The position numbers were made by a program, and so were the translations under genes. A stretch of 63,282 nt of DNA, filler included, from Choristocarpus tenellus KU-1152 (lineage: Eukaryota; Protista; Phaeophyceae), in NCBI GenBank assembly GCA_964200185.2. It is 8 parts of 8 records of this genome, joined end to end, with 100 filler letters (N's around TTAATTAATTAA, not from the genome) between each part and the next. Parts side by side here need not be neighbours in the genome. Positions count along the whole stretch, not along the records: positions 17,749 to 34,234 come from CAXNAD020000821.1; positions 34,335 to 40,774 come from CAXNAD020008138.1; 6 more parts are not named here. One strand, written 5' to 3'. Positions 26,301-36,250 of this stretch are shown here, piece after piece. The notes under the pieces are model-generated. The model was not told where the DNA came from. It searched no databases and was given only the letters and a program-made list of their open reading frames with translations. Numbering within the stretch: position 1 is the stretch's first letter; the number at the start of each line of letters is the position of its first letter.

Positions 26301-26760
26301 CAATGTACCAACACAACACTTGCGAAGATCATGAAAGCATTGGAAATGCAAGAAACCATGATCAGCCAAATCCCCTACTTTATGTGCCTTCATCCATACC
26401 ATCTCCCCTGCCTCTCCACCACACTAGGCAAGCACTCAAATTTCTCCTCTTTGTGCACAGTTACCTCTTAACTCTATCACAACAACTTGCTGTTCTCCTG
26501 GAAAAAAAACGCTGACCAACCAACAGCAGTCACTGGATTGCCACAATCCCCAATGAGTGATAACACAGGGCCGGACTGATCAAATCGACTGCTGCACTGA
26601 AGCCTCCACACACACACCTAGACAAGAATCACAGAAAAACATGGAATAGTAACAAACGTTCATATACCAGAGAAGGGAACTCCACACTGCCAGAGTGTCA
26701 ACTGCACCTGCAAGCAGCACAGCCAGGTGCCTCCTCACCCTGCCAATGCCTGGCTGGGAA

Positions 26761-27746
26761 TCACAACTTGGGAGAGCACAAACGGTGAAGCCACCCTAAC
26801 CTCCCACAGTGATCCTGAACCTTTCGGGGTCCTCCCCTGAGTCGCAGCACCAGGTGGAGGGTGTTGCCCTCTTCAAGCTGGAAGTCACTCAGTTGCTTGT
26901 CAGCCCCGCTCAACTGTTTCCCCCCAAAAATGATTCGTTGTTGCTCCGGAGGAATCCCCTAACATGTGCAAGACAGGCGCCAGAGATGATTGGACAAGGC
27001 ATTGCACGTAATGTGTAACAGACACACGGCAGGGAAATGTGGCACAACAACACACCTGCATAAGGCATTACTATTTTCAGCGGTGTGTGAGAAGGGCTCC
27101 CAAAGGAAGCATGAACATGCTCAGATGAATGTCCCTTGATACAGCCTGGCTTCAGGGTAACTACCCATAGCTAATGAGAGTTAATGTGGACAAGAGATCC
27201 AAGTTTCATTTAGAGGGCAAATAAGAGAGAAGGGGGGGGGAAATGCATACTCTTTTTATCCTGCAAGGGTTATTGTCAACGGCAAGAGGACACACCTCCT
27301 TTTCCTGGATCTTGTGCTTAAGCGTTTCAATCGAGTCCCCAGGCTCCACATCCACTGTGACTGTCTTTCCAGTCAGTGTCTTCACAAAGAGTTGCATTCC
27401 ACCACGGAGACGCACAACCTGATGAAACAATGTGGTTTGAGTTTGGTCTAAAGTGCGAGAATACTCAAGAAGATATAGATGTAACATCGTGTCGGTCAGA
27501 CACCGGCAAGGCCATCAGTATCCACACTGTATTGGTGAGGAGATACAGACAACACAACATCCAATAAATAAAATTACCCACCCGGTCCAGTATGCTCTCC
27601 TCGCGACGTAGCCCCCATCCCGGCAGGAACCCTTGTGCTCGAAGCCCCATAGGAGCAACTGCGCTTCCTCTTCTACCGTGCACACCAATGGCGATATTGG
27701 AGCTCAGCCCCAACACTGCCAGGAACGCAAGTCTCAAAAGGCCCAT
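26761..27746 (-). CDS. Ubiquitin-like protein with signal peptide and transit-like presequence (probable periplastid/SELMA ubiquitin), 3 exons
   Basis: Exons 27746-27582, 27418-27296 and 26958-26761 give [21 protein letters not shown]...[113 protein letters not shown]. Confidence 0.88.
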
Positions 27747-28125
27747 CTTCCCTGTTGTTGCATATACGACGGTGAAGGTTTACGATATTAACGACTCATA
27801 GGTGAGGCGAAATTTTTGTTTCATGGGGGGTTGATCCGATGATGAGAAGCACATGGCTGCGTGTAAACGTTGTGTGGGCAGCACATAGAGAACAGACTAT
27901 GAGGGGTAACCCCTACCGCCAGTGACATGCTGCTAAAAACTATGAGGAGACTGAAGGCAAGAGAGGGATATTTAACCCCAGATAAACCTGGTAAAAAAAT
28001 ACTCGACTTTGCTCCACCAGTGAAGGCACCTTTTGTTGGGTTGTGTATGACCTTGTAAGTCCTTGTAATTGAACCTGTGTTTGTGTGCAATCTCACTCTT
28101 TTGTTTCATGTGAGATCCACGTGTG

Positions 28126-28140
28126 TTTCCGCGCGAAAAA
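28126..28140. promoter_or_regulatory. E2F-like site upstream of the ubiquitin gene
   Basis: tttccgcgcgaaaaa contains TTTCGCGC on the minus strand, about 380 nt 5' of the ATG at 27746. Confidence 0.35.
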
Positions 28141-29689
28141 AATGCCGCATACTACTTCTCACCATTCAACACGTGGAAGTACGTACAATTAAACTGTAAC
28201 TAAAATAGTATTATTTCTATTATTATGTCCTAACATTTTGTATATGTGTCATAAATATGAGAGGTATTTTTTTCTGTTTACTATTTTACTAATAATAACT
28301 ATGCTATACTGGTGTCCTCTTGTACCTCCAACCTGTAGCTTGGTCCTGCGCCCCACTCTGATGAGCTAGGGAAGCATCCAAAGCACTATTGTAACGATCC
28401 GAATAATGAATACATACGAAACAGATGGAAATAGGTACACAGATTCTTGAAGGGGAGTGAGAGGACCCACAGGAGGAAGGGAATAGAGAGAGACAAGGCA
28501 GGAGGATGAGCACTCCCTCAGAAGGCCATTCAGGGAAGTTTGAAAAGGCAAAAGTGAATGAGGGGAGGTTGTAAGGTCCACTCAGACCAATAGTTATACT
28601 TCAACGAGCAAAAGCAGATGTCATATGAAGCAACAGACCTTGAAGTACATTTTCTCAATGTAGGTCACCTAGAAGGTATACCTTAGTTGGAAGTTGGCTA
28701 TCACATACACCCACTACTATTAATATTATTCTTGAAACAGGTACAGTATGTGGCTATGTGATGTTATGTAGCGCTTGGAAAGACTTCAGTTGTTGTTAAT
28801 GTACATCTATATACTACAATATTAATCCTCAGGTCGTACCTTTCGCTACTACTGCAAGCAGTAGATACTTCAACTTGTCTGTCACACACCGCTTCTATTC
28901 TACCTTACTCCAACAATTTTTTGAACATTATAGAGGGTATGGTTAGCCCATAATGTTATATTTTATGCTGTTTGGCAGGGTCCTGGCCTATGATGCCTTT
29001 TTATTACTTGTTAAGAATGCCCTGCTAGTTGGTTTCAAAGTCATAGTTACGCAAAGACCCCGCAGCTACGCATTTACGTTTAGTTTCACTGTCACCAAAC
29101 TTTGGACAGGCAGGAACAGATACCTCATGGCACACCCTGCTCATTCTACCGAACCAGAGGACATCCTTGGTAACCACTCACATCCCCCCCATGTGATTAC
29201 CTCCAAGTGCTGCCAGAACACCACAGCTGCTAGTTGCTGAAACTTCTCTGCTTTACCGCTAAGTACTCAGACCACACATCCTTTCATTCCTGTGCATTTC
29301 CTCCTGGTGCTACACAAGCATTGTAGCTGCTTAGTGGCAGATTTTTGTTCCCCAGCACAGCACCCACAGGTTTATCCTAACATATATCTCCGCTGTTCCT
29401 TTCCTCCTAGGGCTGATGAAGCACAGTTGGTATAATCGGATGGAGCTTCCCCTCCTCTTTCCCCCTCACACATTCCCTCCCTGTTACATGCCCACAGTAT
29501 TTTGTCCGTGCAAAGTACTCCATCCTTGCCCTATAGAAAGTTGACAATAGTTCAGTATGTATAGTTGTAACAAGACACAGGAGCAATTGGCGGGATTATT
29601 GCTTGACAGCCTAGCACAACATGTGCATTGGAGTACGTATAAATTCGTAGATAGATCAATGTAATGCTGTTTGACAAAGCGTAAAGAAA

Positions 29690-30051
29690 CTATCACCATG
29701 TGAGGTGTAGGGATCAAGCACACGAAAGGATATTTCAAGGGACACCTAGGAGAGAGGAAGAGCACCTTCGCTGCATGTTCGTCTGAGGAACACACACGAA
29801 CAAAGCAACAAATTGGAGGGAAGATCACATTCCACCACCTTGACTCTTCTGGTTATGTTGATAAGGTTGTGGGTCCCGCAGCTCCCACCATCAATGTTTT
29901 CCTTGGATGCACTGGAAGTCTGGTAAAAGGATGCCCTTATCTCTATGCGCTTACGTAGACCTTGTAAGACACCCTCACATTGTCCTTTTCGAGTGGCAGG
30001 AAGTAGGTTGCTAAAGCACGTTTTGTCAGGACAATTACCTACGAATCCCAC
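29690..30051 (-). pseudogene. Decayed coding repeat of unknown family, copy 1 (copy 2 at 51066-51450)
   Basis: Colinear similarity, e.g. the shared core agtggcaggaagtaggttg. Several differences are synonymous in one minus-strand frame (VGFV.NCPD...TYFLPLE..N..VS.KVYV). Both copies contain stops or frameshifts. Confidence 0.55.
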
Positions 30052-32103
30052 ATTCTGCTACCTCGAGAAGAGTCTCATCACACTAGCTCTTATCTAGGGC
30101 GTAAACAAGGGGGGAATGCCCGAAACTAGGTGCACATGCTTGATCTATGCTGAACATGGAGCTTTTCCAAGGCTGAGATCAAAACCAGTGACGTGTTCAA
30201 AATATATTCCAATAAGAAATCACCTCCAAAAAGCTCCGTCTCCAGGCATGGGGAAGCTTTTCGTGAGTTGGAGAAGGCTGGGGAGAAGGATGAAAGGTTC
30301 AAGCTAGGTGGTCAGGCAGTGTATGAACTCTTTTTTCAAGGCTGCAGTTACATGTGTGAAAAATGTACCTCAGACATATGCTGAGTAAAACAAGTAATGT
30401 GTTCAGTAGATTGGAAAGGGGCATGAAAAAAAAGAGTATCTGAAAAAAATATTCTACCGTCTAATAGGACTTCTCACCAGCTGCGAGACCTCACTGCCTT
30501 GATTCGCACCTCTTAACGCACTTTCCTAATATAATCGAGCATGTTCGATATTTTCCGTCCAGGCAATATATAATCACAAATCACTACAGGACGACCAGGA
30601 TTCTCACCTATTACTACACTCACACTCACCCTATCCTTCTATGACCACGGAACTCCATCCACTTCATCAGCAATAGCACTTCAATAACGTACACAAGAAC
30701 GTCTGTCAGACTCAAGCAAACAGCACACGTCACATATCACATTGCTTGCCTACAATTCAAACTCGCTGAATCAACCATATAACACAGTAGAAAACATAAC
30801 CCCAAACCACTCATTTTGTAACCACAACTTCCACACTACTGAGGATATACTTTTTAGGACATGATCTAGGGCTAACAATCACTTTCATCTGCTTCAGAGA
30901 TGTACTGCCAATTATTGAATTTCAACTTACTTTGCTTACCCCCTCACTCCATACACAACTACGTGTGACGCAATTTCGACATTGCTTCCTCCATAACAGG
31001 GGAGGGTGAACCCACAGGCTACAATGTGTTTGTTGTTGTTTGACTCTGGTGCACTATCCAAAGATTGAAGCAACAGCAATTTTTGCGAAAGCAGAGACAG
31101 GAGACTTTTGTTGTGCTTTGAGCCTTCTTTGCTTTTGTAGTCTAATAGAGCCCACACCTTTTGTCGCGCTACGATAATAAAATCGTGAACTAGGTTCCAA
31201 ACTTGTAAAAAGTAAAGACAAAACAATCTATATATGGGTTGACCACATAGATACGCTTCGATCACCGTGTTCATGCTCATAGTGGAGATGTGAGTAGCCT
31301 CAATGATCAATAACACAGCCGAAAGAGATATCTTTATATATACTCGCAAGTGCTTTTGGACCACATCACTTTGACTGTTCGCCACTTTTTTACATAACAT
31401 TTTGGACTCGGATAGGTAGGATTTGACGAGTTATGGTTTGAGCAAAGTATTAATAATAACACCCAGTCAGTCTAACGACCCGCATCTTACAGATGAAGTC
31501 CATACAGGCGTTTGTGAAGGTTCAATGCAGAACTATCCCCTGCAGCAGATGTGAGTTCTGCATTTATTCAGGATCACAAAATCTGACACTAGTACAAAGC
31601 TCCTCTCTGGGTTCCTTCTTGCACGTTGTTGTTCCAATCCTCTCATGGTACAGCTAGTTCGGACCAGAGCAAATGCTGGTAGTAGCTGGGTTAACCTTCC
31701 CCTTGTTATGTAAGCACTGTATGTGTATGGAGTGAGGGGTTTGCTATGGATCGAGACTCGAGGGTCATAATTCAGTATGGTTTTATTTAGGTAGCGATGG
31801 TGAATTAATTCTACAGCAAATAATAAACACACCATAGAGTAGGAACCCTGTTACGAGTTATGGGTTAGGGTGGTTATAGGTTTATGAAAGTATTGAGCGT
31901 TTGATTAAGTGAGTTTAAATTTTGGTTGAGACAATATGATCTGGCGATGAAGTGTGCTATCGAGTCTCCAGCTCTGAAACTACACTGCCTTGTGAGTTTT
32001 CCATTTTCTTCTGTATGATACTTGATATATTTTTCTGTTTGTAATAATAATGGTGTGTCAAATGGAAATAATGAAAATGTAATATAGATAGTGTGTATTT
32101 TTC

Positions 32104-32251
32104 ATTATTATGCCCTCTGACATTATGCAGATGTGTCTTGCCTGGTGATTCTCTTCACCACTTTTGTCTAGATGAACCAACCGACAATAGAATCATAGTT
32201 TTCATTGGTTTTCCCCTGACACATCTGCAAAATGTCAGAGGGCATAATAAT
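32104..32251. repeat. Foldback of a dispersed repeat (34-bp arms, 1 mismatch, 80-nt spacer); more copies at ~32788-32842 and ~39621-39698
   Basis: attattatgccctctgacattatgcagatgtgtc (32104-32137) pairs with gacacatctgcaaaatgtcagagggcataataat (32218-32251). Confidence 0.85.
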
Positions 32252-33120
32252 ATAATAGAATCATACTATTCACAATAATAAAAAATAATGAGAAGAACAA
32301 GAACGAGAACGAGAACGAGAAGGGAGAACGAGAACAAGAAGCAGAAGAACAACAAGAACAAAAAAATCATAATCATAATCATAATCATATTAATAATAAT
32401 AACAAAAACAAAATTCTTGGGATGCTTCTTTTGTAGGATGCAGAACTAGGTAGGTTGGAGACACAGACAGGAAGGTAATGGCAAAGCATTGTTGGTAGAG
32501 ACCATAATAATAAAATAATAATAAAATAATAACACAATCAATAACAATATTGATGGCACCAGGGAGATGGGCACGGAGGGGTCTGTTGGATTCTTGGGAT
32601 GCCTCCCTAGCTCCCTCCCCCGGGGCACAGGAGTAGGTAGATGGGAAGCAAAGGAAGACAGTAGTACAATATTTGATAGTTGTGAAGTAACTGATAGATT
32701 AGTGGTTTCCACACTTACAATATTTTATAGTGTTCTTATGTTTAGGATATTTTATTTCCTTAGGGCTGATAACGACACATGTATAGGTTTCATTGGTTTC
32801 CCCCTGACACATCATCTGCAAAATGTTAGAGGGCATAATAATAAAATATTGGTCATAACAATAAGAATAAAAACAACATAACAACATTAATAATATTAAT
32901 ACTATATATACAGTAACAAAACAGCAACAATCAATCACTAAAAATAATGAAAATAATGAGAACAAGAACAAGGATAGTAGGAATAATAACAAAAATAACA
33001 AAACAATCTTAATAATAATAAATTATTATTATATAATTATGATAATAATAGAAGATAATAATAGTAACAATAATATAATAAAAATAATGATGGCTATAAC
33101 ACTAACCAAATCAATAACAA
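32252..33120 (+). repeat. Low-complexity AAT/AAC/GAGAAC-rich tracts
   Basis: (gagaac)n, (aatcat)n and degenerate (aat/aac)n runs following the repeat copies. Confidence 0.8.
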
Positions 33121-33132
33121 ATATTCATGATA

Positions 33133-34064
33133 GCGTGTTTGCTTAAAATGAAATTCACTATCAAACAGAAAAAATGTAAAAAACGAGAAACGCCATCCGA
33201 AGGTGACTGCAAATTCAAACTATCTTCAACAACAACAGGGTTAGTGGGTCTGTTGTGACGAAATAGTAGTCTGCCGTAGCCCGTATTAGCTTCCGTCTAT
33301 TTCAACCCTTCCCTGGACATTCCTCAGTGGGTTGAGCGATGGAGGTGGGTCTTTGTCCGAATGGTGTCGACTTCTATCGCTCGCCCTGTCTGTGGCTAAA
33401 GCAAGTGGGGATTGAAGCACAGACTGGGGAACGGATGAAACTGGTCGAACGGGTCTTGATGCATTGTTTTTGGAATGAACGAGGTCCATATTTCGCTGGA
33501 ACCGAAGCAGGTTGTTAGTTTACGGCAGCACAGAGAGCGTGTGAGGAGTTCTGGGTTAAAATAGGTTGAAGCATCGGTGCGAGGGTTACTAGTACGCTAT
33601 TGACAACCTCTTGGTGCGGCAGTAAAGTTTGGCTCGATACCTCAATGTGCATGGATGTCCTGTTCTTCCGAGGTAGTCCTAGTTGCTGCCTAACGATTGT
33701 GGTTTCAGCTGAGTGAGCCAGCGAAAGGGTGTGACATGCTAGCAAACATTACGCGCATCTCTCATGGTACCCAAACCATTGTGTCCTGTCCTTGCACCTT
33801 GCAGCTTTTTTTGTAGCATTTTGGTTGGCTAAAAGAAATGTGAATTGGCCGCTTCGATTGGATAATTCCTCTTCTATGAGATCATCAAACCTTTGAGTGT
33901 TGCCCCGAGGATCTTACCGAGCCCATGATGCTTTTCACTGTAGTTTGTTTCCAACTAGAAATGAGAAATTTCATTAGATTTGATAATGAAAAACACTAAG
34001 AACAGAAAATGGGGAGATGATAAAACTTTCCGATGATAGTGAGTTTCATTTTGCGCAAACACTC
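33133..34064 (-). mobile_element. Non-autonomous DNA transposon, 31-bp TIRs, TA-flanked, with decayed internal ORF
   Basis: Left end ta|gcgtgtttgcttaaaatgaaattcactatca; right-end reverse complement ta|gagtgtttgcgcaaaatgaaactcactatca (4 mismatches in 31). The internal minus frame GNTQRFDDLIEEELSNRSGQF... is nearly open for about 130 codons. Confidence 0.7.
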
Positions 34065-34380
34065 TAATAATATTAACAATAACCATCTATTTAGTGATAT
34101 CAAAAACAATAATACGAAACATAAAAATAGCATGAAACAAAACTATCATAATCGTAATCCTAATCAACAGCCGATTTCAATAATTGAGGATGGAGCTTTT
34201 CATTGAGGATGGACTTGACCCAAAATTGACTGGGNNNNNNNNNNNNNNNNNNNNNNNNNNNNNNNNNNNNNNNNNNNNTTAATTAATTAANNNNNNNNNN
34301 NNNNNNNNNNNNNNNNNNNNNNNNNNNNNNNNNNCCCCCGCCCCCCCAGATACTTTGGGTCACATGTCTTCTGCCTACAT

Positions 34381-34700
34381 GCATTCAGGGGCTCTAGAGT
34401 GTTCAGGGATTGTGACGTAGTTGTACAGTGGCTCTAGAGCGCTCAGGGATTGTGACGTAGTTGTTCAGTGGCTCTAGAGCGCTCAGGGATTGTGATGTAG
34501 CCATTCCTGGGCTCTAGAGCGTTCAGGGATTGTGATGTAGCCATTCCTGGGCTCTAGAGCGTTCAGGGATTGTGATGTAGCCATTTATAGGCTCTAGAGC
34601 ATTCAGAGATCGTGATGTAGCCATTTATGGGCTCTAGAGCATTCAGGGATCATGACGTAGCCATTCACGGGCTCTAGAGCATTCAGGGATCATGCCGTAG
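34381..34700 (+). repeat. 40-bp minisatellite, 8 copies
   Basis: gctctagag recurs at 34391, 34431, ... 34671. Unit is approximately gctctagagcrttcagggattgtgaygtagccattcctgg. Confidence 0.95.
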
Positions 34701-35329
34701 CACCCAGAGAGGCACAGTGGCAGCCACAGGTGTGTGCGTGGGTGGGAGGGTTTCCCTACTATGCCATACATGGATATATTTGATCGGACATGACCCAATG
34801 CTGTCTAAACTCAGTCAGAACACACAACAACGTGACAAACATGTGCACCTTTCTTCACTTTTTTTTTTTCATTATGACTAGTAAGTTTAACTGAGTTTAA
34901 CTGAGTTCAGTTGAGCCAAGTCTAAGTGTGCAATGAACACGAGAAACGCAACTTTGAATTCCGAAGGACTTTTTTTTTTATCAAGTATAAACAAAAAAAA
35001 AGGAAATAGACAAAAAAAAAGAGCATTACGTACTCGATTTTGAACCAACTCCTGAGGTTGTGCTCGCCACTGCCACGCCAGGGTTAGGGTTAGGGCATTA
35101 TCCTTAATCAACCCTAACCCACGAGGCGAATCACACCCGAATTTTAGGGTTATGGATATTCTAAGGCACTGCAAGTGTGAGGAGGCATTTGGCAAATGGA
35201 ACAGCTGCCTACTCTCTCAAGGATATGAAAAGCAACTTGAAGGACTTACATTATGATATCGATTCGCCTCCGACTAAATGGAACTACTGTTCACAGGGGT
35301 ATCATTCCACCTGATCTGATGTGTTGCAG

Positions 35330-35447
35330 AATGCTGCGTGTGTGTGTTATGTGTGTGTGTTCTTTGTGTCGTATACATTGTGTGTTATGCGTGTGTTATA
35401 CATGCTGGGTGTTACATGCTTCAGGTGTTACAAGTCTTCGGTGTGCT

Positions 35448-35485
<38 letters not shown>

Positions 35486-35540
35486 AGTGTGCTGTACGTG
35501 TTCTCTTGTGTTGTGTGAGCGTGTACACAGTATGTGTGAA
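35330..35540 (+). repeat. Degenerate and perfect (TG)n microsatellite
   Basis: Perfect run at about 35450-35480 within TG-rich flanks. Confidence 0.9.
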
Positions 35541-36206
35541 CAGGAGGCTGTCTGCATTAGTGATTGCAAGGGTCAGAGAAAACAGGAGGGTGAAAAGTCC
35601 TTGCAATGAACAAACTGGTACTTAAAACTGTAAACAACTGCATCTAATCAACAAAAAGGACATTTCCTTGCCTATTTATCAACAGCAATGGATCAAAATA
35701 CTCCACGGAACAATCTCATACTATTTACACCAGAATGACCTATGTCACTAAAAAAATAACCAACTCCTTTGAAAGAAGCCTAGGAATACAAGAGCCCCAA
35801 ATAAAATCACCTCCCAGGATGCCCATTCCCACCCGCCCGTTAACACTTCGTGCCTACAGGTTCTAAATCAAGAGCATGCAGCAAATGCATTCAGTTTTTC
35901 ACCTTGCTATCTTCACCTTTCCCTCTCCCTCCTCCCCCCAACAAGCTTTTTCTCTCTCCCTGTTCCTCATCCCCAACAACCCCTTCACAAGAGATCAGGA
36001 AAAGTATAAGCAGCAAGTAAATGAGGTGCGGGAGGGGGGGGTGGGGGGTGGGGGGGGGGGGGAATTAAAAGCAGTCACGGGCAAGAAAATAAACCGCGAA
36101 TTACCGGTAACAAGACAAAAAACTCTTCAGTCNNNNNNNNNNATGGTTGGAAAGACAAAAACAAAAAGAAAAAAAAAAAAGAAAAAAAAAGGAAGAAGAA
36201 GAGGAA

Positions 36207-36250
<44 letters not shown>

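Noticed and set aside
28358-28422. Hammerhead ribozyme core (CTGATGAG...GAAAC); similar at ~61455 (+) and ~20600-20637 (-)
   Set aside because: Stems II, I and III cannot be formed around the core.
30936-31400. 154-aa minus-strand ORF ending at a gtaagc donor
   Set aside because: No recognisable motif or partner exon; cannot be supported as coding.
34381-34700. CRISPR-like array
   Set aside because: The whole 40-bp unit repeats, there are no unique spacers and no cas genes, and the context is eukaryotic.
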